Assembly: GCF_963921235.1 (NCBI RefSeq)
Contig: NC_086097.1
Coordinates: forward strand, 63,800,001 to 63,864,000
Direction: 5' to 3'
DNA from: Mobula hypostoma
Taxonomy: Eukaryota
DNA: 64,000 nucleotides
The notes under the pieces were generated by a model, which saw only the letters and a list, made by a program, of their open reading frames with translations, had not been told where the DNA came from and searched no databases. How positions within the stretch are numbered: position 1 is the stretch's first letter; the number at the start of each line of letters is the position of its first letter. The position numbers were made by a program, and so were the translations under genes. Shown piece by piece: positions 1-12,448 of this stretch.

Positions 1-1566
1 AAATAATTGAGTTCTATATGTGATCGGGAAAAAACGTCGAGTTTTCTGCCAGAACACCAGAATTCCTCCAGCATTTTGTGCGTGTTGCTCTAGATTTCCA
101 GCATCTATAGTATCGTGTGTTTATGATCAAGCTGTCTTTTACATTTTGAAGTATATTGAAGAAAGGTAAGTGCAGATTTGGCATATTCTATGTATCCTTC
201 AAGGGGAAGGCATAGCTTAGATACAAGTGGGTTCCAGCAGCTTGCAGTATTAAAACATGCTCTATTAATGTAAATTTATCTCAAATTTAGTTTCAATTCT
301 GGCCCCTCTGCAAGAAGAAAACTATTCCTAGGGTTCCATTCCCTACAATAAGAGTGTCAGGGAATTGGCTGGAATTGTTCCCAAGATTTTGTCTTCTGCT
401 TAAGTTCTTATACAGTTTTAGAATTTGGTTAAGCTCAGCTTTGTGATCAGAAAGCCAAATGATCTGTTTCAGGTCCCATATGAGATGAATTTGTCACCAA
501 GATTGCATTCAGTTGGGAGGTGATTAGATGGCCAAAAGTAACCCGGCACAAGTTCAGTGCAAAGTCTTTTTTTGTACATGCAAATCATTTGAACCTTCCT
601 GAATGCGGAACAGTAATATTTCCATTTCAATTGTTATATTTTACTGTCATTGAATAGTCTCAGGAAAATTGAAATCTTGTTATTTTGCCTATCGTAATTT
701 TCATACTTTCAGGAAGCAAAATGAACAACAAAATGTTTGCCTGCTACAAAGCTGGAAATAGAGTATTTCTCTAGAATATTAATAGTATGTGCTAAGGAGC
801 TGTTACAAGGCAGCCATAAATTGGTGGGTGTTGGGATTCCCACAATGCAATCAAATGGAAATCTCAATCTTTATTTGCTTAATTTTTATCATCTTTCTAT
901 CTTACTGGTTAAGGACATGTGTAGTTGCTTGTGTTGCCTACTCTGATCCCAAATGCTGTTGCCTTCACTAACTTCTACAAAATATTGTGATCAAATGGGC
1001 AAGGCGAGCTGGAACAGGAAGTAGCTATTAGTTACCCTGCCAAAAGTTAACTTCCTTATGGGTGTTGCAACAAAAATAGATGGCTGTACTTTGGTAGCAT
1101 TTACTTCAGTATGTTGGAGAGTTTTTGTTTCAGGGTATGGGGTTAGTTTTCAGTGCCCAGACCTCTGGATAAAAATGTGGAACTAGTGACAAAATTGATC
1201 AAAACTAAAGGTAAGGAAATCTTAGTAAAAATACTTAGTTAGCATTGTGGTGAAAGTTCTATGTGGCATAAATAAGCACAGTTTTCTTGCTTTGAAAACG
1301 AAACTCGCAGACTTATCTGCAATTCCTGTATACAGATCTTGCATATGTACGCACATGATAAAACCATCATGCTACTATCACAGGAAAAAAGCAAGAAGGT
1401 TGGTGTTAATTATTTCAGGATCATTAACAAAAGAAAAAAGGAAGTATAAACACTAGACTTCCCTCGTTCATAAGATTTGCCTTATAGAAACAAATGATAT
1501 TTACTTCACTAGTTATCTACAACAATTTTTACTCAGATGAAATTGGAAAAATACATTAGAGTAATA

Positions 1567-2388
1567 CAGGTGCACATTCCTTTATCTGAAATTCTGAAAT
1601 CCAAAAAGCTCCGAAAACCAAACTTTTTTTTCACCAACAGCTGACGTCACTCAGGTGTGACGTGGCAGCACTAGCAGAGGCCGCCAGATGTCAGTTGTGG
1701 CTCAGCGCTCATACTGGTTACAAGTGCATTGGCTGTTCCCTGATATTTTGTGTTCACCGTTGACTTTATGTTTAATTTCACTGTGAAAATGTCAAAAAGA
1801 GCTGCAGATACCCCTATGGGTAACAATGAGAAAAAGAGAAGGAATCTTCTCTATCAATAACGCAGAAAGTGGAATTATTGCAGAAGCTTGATCGTGGTGT
1901 GTCTGTGGGGCGTCTTGCTGAAGAAAATAGTGTCGGAACTACCACTGTATATGATTTAAATAAACAGAAAGACAAGTTACTGAAGTTTTATAGTGACAGT
2001 GACGTTCTACATTTATTTCAATAGGTCATTCACCATGTGTTTGATTCGGTTTGTTTGAAGCTGTATATTTTTATGTTTTATTGAATGTTTTTGTTGGAAA
2101 TAAAATTTCTTATCATTCCCTAAACAATACAGTATAACAATTATTTACATAGCATTTACATTGTATTGGGTATTATAAGTAATCTAGAGATTATTTAAAG
2201 TATACGGGAGGATGTGCGTAGGTTTGGTGCGCCACTGAGTCTTAAAATCCACTGCACTGAGACAGGTTAAATAAGGGACTTGAGCATACGTGTTTTTTGG
2301 TGTGGGGGGTGTGGTCTGAAATCCGAAAAATTCTGAATTCTGAAATGCAACTGGCCCCAAGGATTTTGGATGAGGGATTGTGGACCTG
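1567..2388 (+). mobile_element. Tigger/pogo (TcMar) internally deleted DNA transposon
   Basis: TA|CAGGTGCACATTCCTTTATC...GATGAGGGATTGTGGACCTG|TA imperfect TIRs; remnant of an N-terminal CENP-B-type HTH (MSKRAADTPMG...SITQKVELLQKLDRGVSV..., 1789-2003, frameshifted). Confidence 0.85.
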
Positions 2389-4700
2389 TATATAAATTGG
2401 GCAACTCTAAGCTACATATTTAACATTAAATGATCTGAGAATGTATGCTCTTCCAATCCTCATTTCCTAGGTCAGTCATACTTGTGTGACTGATAATCAG
2501 CACACCCTATTAAAGAAGCACACTGAATTGACAACCTTTTGAACACAAGATGCACTAGGCAATGAAAAATACTGTATATTTAAAATGATTGGAATCCCAA
2601 TGAATTGCCCAAATTCTGCTCAGAACAATGTCCAGATAATTGCATCATTAAGGAACTTGTACAGCTATAAAATTCCATAAAGAAAATATCAAAATGCAAT
2701 ATTTTATCATTTGAAATAAAACCAGGGAAAATCAGACTGCGACAACCAAAAATTTGGATTTATTTAAATTAGCATGTTGGATATCAAATTTAAAATTAAC
2801 AAGTGTAAGATTTCTGTACAATTACAAAATAATTGAAGTGGAACAGTAGATGCAGGGAGAAGCCTCGGAATAATAATCAATTTGTCCTTGAAAGAACATT
2901 AAAAGAATGCTAGCATATATATAGCCCCAAACAAATCTGGAATCCATATCTGCTGAAGCTATTAAAATCTGCAATATGTTCAGGTCCGACTGCCACACTC
3001 AGAGTGAGAAGTGGTATAAGAGGTGAAGATCAAGAATAATTCAACACTGAAGGAAATGACAATTGAGGAAAAAGTTAAAAATATCCAAATTTTAAACATA
3101 GATAAAAATAAATTTAGAAAATTAAGCAGATCAGGCAGCATCTGTGGAAGGAGAAAGCTGGCATTACAGGTCTGGAATCCTTGATTAAAAAACTTCATTT
3201 CAGATTTGCAGCTTTCTTAGATATTTTTCTCCTGAGACAGTACAATATTGTCCTACCCTACTAAACTTAAATACAAGCAAGGTAAACCCAAAATGATACT
3301 TAAATCACATAACATAGATTTGACTTTTTTTAAATTAATTATTGCAATTTCAATGCCTGTAAGGAAACAAATCTGAAGGTTGTATATAGTATACATACTT
3401 TGATAATATATCAACTTTGAACAACAAGTTACTCTTGTGTTGCATGCCAAAAATCCAGGATAGTTTACAAAGATATAGTAACATAGAGAATGATAGGAAG
3501 TGTACATGAAAATTATTAGATACTGTTTAGGATCATACAAAAATAAATAACATTTGTGTATCTGAATCAGGTGTATTATCACTGACAAAATATGTTGTAT
3601 TTTGCAGCAGCAGTACTCTGCAATACATAAAAAATTACTAAGTTGCAATCATATTAAAAATTTCTTCATATCATCTGTATACTTGACCACAAAACCATCA
3701 ATTCCTTCATCGAAATTACTGATGTATAACATAAAAAGAAGTGGTCCCAACACAGACCCTGTGGAACTTCACTAGACACTGGCAGGCAACCAGAAAAGAC
3801 TCCCTTTATTCCTACTCTGCCTCCTGCTGATCAGTCAATTTGCTTCGCATGCTGGTATCTTTCCTGTAATACTATGGGCTGTTAACTTGTTAAGCAACCT
3901 CGTGTGGCATCTTGTCAAAGGCCTGAAAACCCAAGTACACAACATCCACCAATTCTCCTTTGTATATCCTGTTTGTACTTAAAAGAATTCTAATAGTTTG
4001 CCAGGCAAGATTTTCCCTTAAGGAAACCACACTGGCTATGGCCAATCTTATCATGTGCCTCCAAGTCCCCCCAAACCACATCCTTAACAATTGAATCCAA
4101 CATATTCCCAACAACTGAGGTCAGACTAACTGGCCTAATATTTCCTCCTGACTCTCTCCCTGTTTGAAAAGTTGAGTGACATTTGCAATTTTCCAGTCAT
4201 GTGGAACCATGCTAGAATCCATTGATTCTTGAAAGATCTTTACTAATGCTTCTACAATCTCTTCTGCCACCTCTTTCAGAACCCTGGGGTGTATACCATC
4301 TGGTCCAGGTGACTTATCTATCTTCAGACCGTTAAGTTTCCCAAGAACCTTCTCCTTAGAAATGGCAATTTCACACACTTCTGTCCCCTGATACTCTCGA
4401 ACTTCCGGCATACTGTTAGTATCTTCCACAATGAAGATTGATGCAAAATACTTAGTCAGTTCATTCACTATCTCCTTGCCTCCCATTACTACCTCTCCAG
4501 CATCTTCCAGCAGTCAAATATCTACACTCGCCTCTCTTTTACACTTCAATGTATCTGAAGAAACTTTTGACATCTTCTTCAATATTATTGCCTTGTTTAC
4601 CTTCGTATTCCACCTCTTCCTTCTTCATGCTTTTTTAGTTACCTTCTGTTGGTTTCTAAAAGCTTCCCAATCCTCTAACTTCCAACTAATTTTTGTTCTA

Positions 4701-4888
4701 TTCAAAGTATATTTATTATAAAGGAGTGTATAAATTATACATCTTGAGATTTATCTGCTTTACAGGCAGCGACAAAGCAAGAAACCTGAAGAACCCAATT
4801 TAAAATAAAAGAAAGACCATAACTACTGTGTAAAGAGGGAATAGCACATCATGCCAACAACTGAAGCAAATGAAACCATTCCAAACCA
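4701..4888 (-). mobile_element. Short 3'-tail fragment of a non-LTR element
   Basis: Reverse complement of the tail seen on + at 25550-25682 (…ggctgcctgtaagcagacaaatctcaagg…ctttgaa); interrupts CR1-A. Confidence 0.6.
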
Positions 4889-5475
4889 GATTATATGCCC
4901 TTTCTTTAGCTTTTATGGTGGTTTTGTCTGCCACAGTTGTGTCATTCTGCCTTTAGCGTACTACTTTCTCATTGGGATGTACAGTGGCATGCAAAAGTTT
5001 GGGCACCCCTGGTTAAAATTTCTGTTTCTGTGAATAGCTAAACGAGTAAAAGACGAACTGATTTCCAAAAGGCATAAGGTTAAAGATGACACATTTCTTT
5101 AATATCTTAAGCAAGAAACCTTTTTTTTACTTCCATCTTTTACAGTTTCAAAATAACAAAAAAGAAAAAGGGCCCGAAGCAAAAGTTTGGGCACCCTGAT
5201 TGGTCAGTACTTAGCAACACCCCCTGTGGCAAGTATCACAGCTTGTAAATGCTTTTTGTAGCCAGCTAAGAGTCTTTCATTTCTTGTTTGGGGCATTTTC
5301 GCCCATTCTTCCTTGCAAAAGGCTTCTAGTTCTGTGAGGTTCTTGGCCATCTTGCATACATTGCTCTTTGAAGGTCTATGCACAGATTTTCAATGTTGTT
5401 TAGGTCAGGGGGCTGTGAGGGCCATGATAAAACCTTCAGTTTACGCCTCCTGAGGTAGTCCATTGTAGATTTTGA

Positions 5476-5715
<240 letters not shown>

Positions 5716-6131
5716 TGATAGAGGGAAGAATGAATTCAATTAAATACCAGCTAATTCTGGAAGCAAGCATCATACAGTCTAAAAAAGCCAAAGATGAAAA
5801 GAGGATGGCTTCTACAACAGGATAATGAACCTAAACACACCTCAAAATACACAATGGACTACCTCAAGAGGCACAAGCTGAAGGTTTTGCCATGGCCCTC
5901 ACAGTCCCCTGACCTAAACATAATCGAGAATCTGTGGATAGACCTCAAAAGAGCAGTGCATGCAAGACGGCCCAAGAATCTCACAAAACTAGAAGCCTTT
6001 TGCAAGGAAGAATAGGCGAAAATCCCCCAAACAGAAATTGAACGACTCTTAGCTGGCTACAAAAAGCGTTTACAAGCCGTGATAGTTGCTGGTGAACACA
6101 GCAGGCCAGGCAGCATCTATAGGAAGAGGTA

Positions 6132-6173
6132 CAGTCGACGTTTCAGGCTGAGAACCTTCATCAGGACTAACTG
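6132..6173 (-). ncRNA. Minimal hammerhead ribozyme motif in PLE terminal repeat
   Basis: Minus strand: tagtc CTGATGA aggt-tctca-gcct GAAAC GTC gactg. Confidence 0.7.
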
Positions 6174-7264
6174 AAAAAAGAGCTAGTAGATTTGAAAGTG
6201 GGAGGGAGAGGGGGAGGGGGAATTCCAAAATGACAGGGGAAGACAGGAGGGGGAGGGATGGAGCCAAGAGCTGGACAGTTGATTGGCAAAAGGGATGTGA
6301 GAGGATCATGGGACAGGAGGCCTAAGGAGAAAGAAAGGGGGGGGAGCCCAGAGGATGGGCAATAACGGATAGGGTATGAGGGGGAGGTGGGGCATTAACA
6401 GAAGTTAGAGAAGTCAATGTTCATGCCATCAGGTTGGAGGCTACCCAGACGGAATATAAGGTGTTGTTCCTCCAACCTGAGTGTGGCTTCATCCTAACAG
6501 TAGAGAAGGCCGTGGATAGACATATCAGAATGGGAATGGGATTGGGACGTGGAATTAAAATGTGTGGCCACTGGGAGATCCTGCTTTCTCTGGTGGACAG
6601 AGCGTAGGTGTTCAGTGAAACGGTCTCCCAGTCTGTGTTGGGTCTCACCAATATATAGAAGACCACATCGGGAGCACCGGACGCAGTATATCACCCCAGC
6701 CGACTCACAGGTGAAGTGTCGCCTCACCTGGAAGGACTGTCTGGGGCCCTGACTGGTAGTGAGGGAGGAAGTGTAAGGGCATGTGCAAGGGATGTCCAGT
6801 CCCTATATACTTCCATCCACCACCAGGAAGGTCTCAAAGCTCTCCGCTTCTTTTTGGATTCTAGACCTAACCAGTTCCCCTCTACCACCACTCTGCTCCG
6901 TCCAGCGGAATTAGTCCTTACTCTTAATAATTTCTCCTTTGGCTCCTCCCACTTCCTCCAAACTAAAGGTGTAGCCATGGGCACCCGTATGGGTCCCAGC
7001 TATGCCTGCCTTTTCATTCGCTTTGTGGAACAATCCATGTTCCAAACCTATACTGGTATCTGTCCCCCACTTTTCCTTCGCTACATAGACGACTGCATTG
7101 GCCCTGCTTTCTGCACGCATGCTGAGCTCATTCACTTTATTAACTTTGCCTCCAACTTTCACCCTGCCCTTAAGTTTACCTGGTCCATTTCCGCCACCTC
7201 CCTCCCCTTTCTAGATCTTTCTGTCTCTATCTCTGGAGACAGCATATCTACGGATGTCTACTAT

Positions 7265-10200
7265 AATATCCTGGCAGGGAGATTAGCGGGGGCTACTGAG
7301 GTGACTTTAAACTAGAATGGTTGGAGGGTGGGAATCAAATTAAAGAGCCTAGGCGTGAGGAGGTTAGTTCACAACAGAGGGATGGGAACCAGTGCAGAGA
7401 GGCAGAGGGGTGTAAAGTGAGGGTAGAAGCAAAAAGTACAAAGGAGAAAAGTAAAAGTGGCAGGCCGACAAATCCAGGGCAAGCATTAAAAAGGGCCACT
7501 TTTCAACATAATTGTATAAGGGCTAAGAGAGTTGTAAAAGAGCGCCTGAAGGCTTTATGTGTCAATGCAAGGAGCATTCGTAATAAGATGGATGAATTGA
7601 AAATGCAGATTGTTATTAATGATTATGATATAGTTGGGATCACAGAGACATGGCTCCAGGGTGACCAGGGATGGGAGCTCAACATTCAGGGATATTCAAT
7701 ATTCAGGAGGGACAGACATGAAGGAAGGGGAGGTGGGGTGGCGTTGCTGGTTAAAGAAGAGATTAACGCAATAGAAAGGAAGGACATAAGCCCGGAAGAT
7801 GTGGAATCGATATGGGTAGAGCTGCGTAACACTAAGGGGCAGAAGACGCTGGTGGGAGTTGTGTACAGACCACCTAACAGTAGTAGTGAGGTCGGAGATG
7901 GTATTAAACAGGAAATTAGAAATGTGTGCAATAAAGGAACAGCAGTTATAATGGGTGACTTCAATCTACATGTAGATTGGGTGAACCAAATTGGTAAAGG
8001 TGCTGAGGAAGAGGATTTCTTGGAATGTATGCGGCATGGTTTTTTGAACCAACATGTCGAGGAACCAACTAGAGAGCAGGCTATTCTGGACTGGATTTTG
8101 AGTAATGAGGAAGGGTTAATTAGCGATCTTGTCGTGAGAGGCCCCTTGGGTAAGAGTGACCATAATATGGTGGAATTCTTCATTAAGATGGAGAGTGACA
8201 TAGTTAATTCAGAAACAAAGGTTCTGAACTTAAAGAGGGGTAACTTTGAAGGTATGAGACGTGAATTAGCTAAGATAGACTGGCAAATGACACTTAAAGG
8301 ATTGACGGTGGATATGCAATGGCAAGCATTTAAAGGTTGCATGGATGAACTACAACAATTGTTCATCCCAGTTTGGCAAAAAAATAAATCAAGGAAGGTA
8401 GTGCACCCGTGGCTGACAAGAAAAATTAGGGATAGTATCAATTCCAAAGAAGAAGCATACAAATTAGCCAGAGAAAGTGGCTCACCTGAGGACTGGGAGA
8501 AATTCAGAGTTCAGCAGAGGAGGACAAAGGGCTTAATTAGGAAGGGGAAAAAAGATTATGAGAGAAAACTGGCAGGGAACATAAAAACGGACTGTAAAAG
8601 CTTTTATAGATATGTAAAAAGGAAAAGACTGGTAAAGACAAATGTAGGTCCCCTGCAGACAGAAACAGGTGAATTGATTATGGGGAGCAAGGACATGGCA
8701 GACCAATTGAATAATTACTTTGGTTCTGTCTTCACTAAGGAGGACATAAATAATCTTCCAGAAATAGTAGGGGACAGAGGGTCCAGTGAGATGGAGGAAC
8801 TGAGCAAAATACATGTTAGTAGGGAAGTGGTGTTAGGTAAATTGAAGGGATTGAAGGCAGATAAATCCCCAGGGCCAGATGGTCTGCATCCCAGAGTGCT
8901 TAAGGAAGTAGCCGAAGAAATAGTGGATGCATTAGTGATAATTTTTCAAAACTCGTTAGATTCTGGACTAGTTCCTGAGGATTGGAGGGTGGCTAATGTA
9001 ACCCCACTTTTTAAAAAAGGAGGGAGAGAGAAACTGGGGAATTATAGACCGGTTAGCCTAACGTCGGTGGTGGGGAAACTGCTGGAGTCAGTTATCAAGG
9101 ATGTGATAACAGCACATTTGGAAAGCGGTGAAATGATCGGACAAAGTCAGCATGGATTTGTGAAAGGAAAATTATGTCTGACGAATCTCATAGAATTTTT
9201 TGAGGATGTAACTAGTAGAGTGGATAGGGGAGAACCAGTGGATGTGGTATATTTGGATTTTCAAAAGGCTTTTGACAAGGTCCCACGCAGGAGATTAGTG
9301 TGCAAACTTAAAGCACACGGTATTGGGGGTAAGGTATTGGTGTGGGTGGAGTATTGGTTAGCAGACAGGAAGCAAAGAGTGGGAAAAAACGGGACCTTTT
9401 CAGAATGGCAGGCGGTGGCTAGTGGGGTACCACAAGGCTCAGTGCTGGGACCCCAGTTGTTTATAATATATATTAATGACTTGGATGAGGGAATTAAATG
9501 CAGCATCTCCAAGTTTGCGGATGACACGAAGCTGGGTGGCAGTGTTAGCTGTGAGGAGGATGCTAAGAGGATGCAGGGTGACTTGGATAGGTTGGGTGAG
9601 TGGGCAAATTCATGGCAGATGCAATTTAATGTGGATAAATGTGAAGTTATCCACTTTGGTGGCAAAAATAGGAAAACAGATTATTATCTGAATTGTGGGC
9701 GATTAGGAAAAGGGGAGGTGCAACGAGACCTGGGTGTCATTATACACCAGTCATTGAAAGTGGGCATGCAGGTACAGCAGGCGGTGAAAAAGGCGAATGG
9801 TATGCTGGCATTTATAGCGAGAGGATTCGCGTACAGGAGCAGGGAGGTACTACTGCAGTTGTACAAGGCCTTGGTGAGACCACACCTGGAGTATTGTGTG
9901 CAGTTTTGGTCCCCTAATCTGAGGAAAGACATCCTTGCCATAGAGGGAGTACAAAGAAGGTCCACCAGATTGATTTCTGGGATGGCAGGACTTTCATATG
10001 AAGAAAGACTGGATGAACTGGGCTTGTACTCGTTGGAATTTAGAAGATTGAGGGAGGATCTGATTGAAACGTATAAGATCCTAAAGGGATTGGACAGGCT
10101 AAATGCAGGAAGATTGTTCCCGATGTTGGGGAAGTCCAGAACGAGGGGCCACAGTTTGAGGATAGAGGGGAAGCCTTTTAGGACCGAGATTAGGAGGAAC

Positions 10201-10452
10201 TTCTTCACACAGAGAGTGGTGAATCTGTGGAATTCTCTGCCACAGGAAATAGTTGAGGCCAGTTCATTGGCTATATTTAAGAGGGAGTTAGATATGGCCC
10301 TTGTGGCTACGGGGGTCAGAGGGTATGGAGGGAAGGCTGGGGCGGGGTTCTGAGTTGGATGATCAGCCATGATCATAATAAATGGCGGTGCAGGCTCGAA
10401 GGGCCGAATGGCCTACTCCTGCACCTATTTTCTATGTTTCTATGTTTCTATG
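7265..10452 (+). mobile_element. Young 5'-truncated CR1 LINE (CR1-C)
   Basis: Starts in the last codons of ORF1 (NILAGRLA..LN*), carries a complete ORF2, ends in (TTTCTATG)3; splits the PLE RT between DVYY and DSHSYL. Confidence 0.95.
7321..10353 (+). CDS. CR1 ORF2: AP endonuclease + reverse transcriptase, uninterrupted (true start uncertain)
   Basis: 1010 open codons; APE motifs NARS, GITETWL, MGDFN, SDH; RT motifs [21 protein letters not shown]. Confidence 0.93.
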   Translation: MEGGNQIKEPRREEVSSQQRDGNQCREAEGCKVRVEAKSTKEKSKSGRPTNPGQALKRATFQHNCIRAKRVVKERLKALCVNARSIRNKMDELKMQIVINDYDIVGITETWLQGDQGWELNIQGYSIFRRDRHEGRGGGVALLVKEEINAIERKDISPEDVESIWVELRNTKGQKTLVGVVYRPPNSSSEVGDGIKQEIRNVCNKGTAVIMGDFNLHVDWVNQIGKGAEEEDFLECMRHGFLNQHVEEPTREQAILDWILSNEEGLISDLVVRGPLGKSDHNMVEFFIKMESDIVNSETKVLNLKRGNFEGMRRELAKIDWQMTLKGLTVDMQWQAFKGCMDELQQLFIPVWQKNKSRKVVHPWLTRKIRDSINSKEEAYKLARESGSPEDWEKFRVQQRRTKGLIRKGKKDYERKLAGNIKTDCKSFYRYVKRKRLVKTNVGPLQTETGELIMGSKDMADQLNNYFGSVFTKEDINNLPEIVGDRGSSEMEELSKIHVSREVVLGKLKGLKADKSPGPDGLHPRVLKEVAEEIVDALVIIFQNSLDSGLVPEDWRVANVTPLFKKGGREKLGNYRPVSLTSVVGKLLESVIKDVITAHLESGEMIGQSQHGFVKGKLCLTNLIEFFEDVTSRVDRGEPVDVVYLDFQKAFDKVPRRRLVCKLKAHGIGGKVLVWVEYWLADRKQRVGKNGTFSEWQAVASGVPQGSVLGPQLFIIYINDLDEGIKCSISKFADDTKLGGSVSCEEDAKRMQGDLDRLGEWANSWQMQFNVDKCEVIHFGGKNRKTDYYLNCGRLGKGEVQRDLGVIIHQSLKVGMQVQQAVKKANGMLAFIARGFAYRSREVLLQLYKALVRPHLEYCVQFWSPNLRKDILAIEGVQRRSTRLISGMAGLSYEERLDELGLYSLEFRRLREDLIETYKILKGLDRLNAGRLFPMLGKSRTRGHSLRIEGKPFRTEIRRNFFTQRVVNLWNSLPQEIVEASSLAIFKRELDMALVATGVRGYGGKAGAGF

Positions 10453-11548
10453 ACTCTCACAGCTATCTGGGCTATTCCTCTTCTCACCCCGTCTCTTGCA
10501 AAAATGCCATCCCCTTCTCTCAATTCCTCCGTCTCCGCCGCATCTACTCTCAGGATGAGGCTTTTCATGCCAGGACGAAGGAGATGTCCTCCCTTTTTAA
10601 AGAAAGGGGCTTCCCTTCCTCCACCATCAACTCTGCTCTCAAACGCATCTCTCCCATTTCACACAAATCTGCTCTCACCCCATCCTCCCGCCACCCTACT
10701 AGGAATAGGGTTCCCCTTGTCCTCACCTACCACCCCACCAGCCTCCGGGTTCAACATATAATTCTCCGTAACCTCCGCCCACCTCCAACAGAATCCCACC
10801 ACTAATCACATCTTTCCCTCCCCACCTTCTGCTTTCCGCAGGAATCGCTCCCTACGCGACTCCCTTGTCCATTCGTCCCCCCCATCCCTCCCCACTGATC
10901 TCCCTCCCGGCACTTATCCTTGTAAGCGGAACAAGTGCTACACCTGCCCTTACACTTCCTCCCTCACCACCATTCAGGGCCCCAGACAGTCTTTCCAGGT
11001 GAGGCGACACTTCACCTGTGAGTTGGCTGGGGTGATATACTGCATCCGGTGCTCCCGATGCGGCCTTCTATATATTGGCGAGACCCGATGCAGACTGGGA
11101 GACCGTTTCGCTGAACACCTACGCTCTGTCCACCAGAGAAAGCAGGATCTCCCAGTGGCCACACATTTTAATTCCACGTCCCATTCCCATTCTGATATGT
11201 CTATCCACAGCCTCCTCTACTGTAAAGATGAAGCCACACTCAGGATGGAGGAACAACACCTTATATTCCATCTGGGTAGCCTCCAACCTGATGGCATGAA
11301 TATTGACTTCTCTAACTTCCGTTAATGCCCCACCTCCCCCTCGTACCCCATCCGTTATTGCCCATCCTCTGGGCTTCCCCCCTCCCCCTTTTTTTCTCCC
11401 TATGCCTCCTGTCCCATGATCCTCTCATATCCCTTTTGCCAATAGACTTTCCAGCTCTTGGCTCCATCCCTCCCCCTCCTGTCTTCTCCTATCATTTTGG
11501 ATCTCCTCCTCCCCCTGCCACTTTCAAATCTCTTACTAGCTCTTCTTT

Positions 11549-11590
11549 CAGTTAGTCCTGACGAAGGGTCTCGGCCCGAAAAGTCGACTG
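11549..11590 (+). ncRNA. Minimal hammerhead ribozyme motif (stem III mutated, GAAAAGTC)
   Basis: tagtc CTGACGA a gggt-ctcg-gccc GAAAA GTC gactg. Confidence 0.6.
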
Positions 11591-12448
11591 TACCTCTTCC
11601 TATAGATGCTGTCTGGCCTGCTGCATTCACCAGCAACTTTTATGTGTGTTGCTTGAAATTCCAGCATCTGCAGATTTCCTCGTGTTTACAAGCTGTGATA
11701 CTTGCCAAAGGGGGTGTTACTAAGTACTGACCATGTAGGGTGCCCAAACTTTTGCTTCGGGCCCTTTTCCTTTTTTGCTATTTTGAAACTAAATGGAAAT
11801 AATAAGGTTTTCTTGCTTAAGGTATTAAAGAACTGTGTCATCTTTCACTTTATGCCTTTTGGAAATCAGTTCATGTTTTACTCGGTTAGCTATTCACATT
11901 AACAGAAATTTTGATGAGGGGTACCCAGACTTTTGCATACCACTGTATATATCCTGTGCTCTCCAAATTTCTTCCAGAAATTCCATCTGTCGTTACGTTG
12001 CCGTCATTCCTGCCATTGTTCTGTTCCAATCAATTTTGGCCAATTCCTCTGTCATGCCTCTGTAATAACCTTCACTCCACCATAATGTTGATACATCGGA
12101 CTTTAGCTTCTCCTTCTCAAATTGCAGGGTGAATGTTATGATCACAGGGCACTAAAGGTTCATTTGCCAGAAGACCATAAGACACAGGAGTAGAATTAGG
12201 CCATTCAGCCCATCGAGTCTGTTCCACTATTACATCATGGCCGATCCCAGATCCCACTCAACCCCGTACACCTGCCTACTCACCATATCCTTTGATGCCC
12301 TGATCAATCAGGAAACTATCAACTCCACCGCAGTCTGTGGCAGAGCATTCCACAGATTCCCTACTCTCTGGCTAAGAGAATTCCTCCTTACCTTTGTTCT
12401 AAAAGGTCATCCCTTAATTTTGAGGCTGTGCCCTCTAGTTCTGGATAC

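Larger units (their letters stand above)
6085..11683 (+). mobile_element. Penelope-like element (RT + GIY-YIG), 5'-truncated, with inverted 5' copy of its 3' end
   Basis: RT motifs DVQSLYTSI, GVAMG, RYIDD (6790-7266; continues 10452-10990); GIY-YIG VIYC..LYIGET (10999-11325); inverted arm 6085-6785; 17-bp TSD GTTTACAAGC(C/T)GTGATA at 6068-6084 and 11684-11700. Confidence 0.92.

Noticed and set aside
1..1560. Exons of an upstream neighbour gene (AAG|gtaagt at about 166; short ORFs)
   Set aside because: No recognisable protein or consistent exon chain; AT-rich non-coding sequence.
7686..10376. Long minus-strand ORFs (258, 134, 230 aa)
   Set aside because: Antisense shadows of CR1 ORF2 with no independent support.
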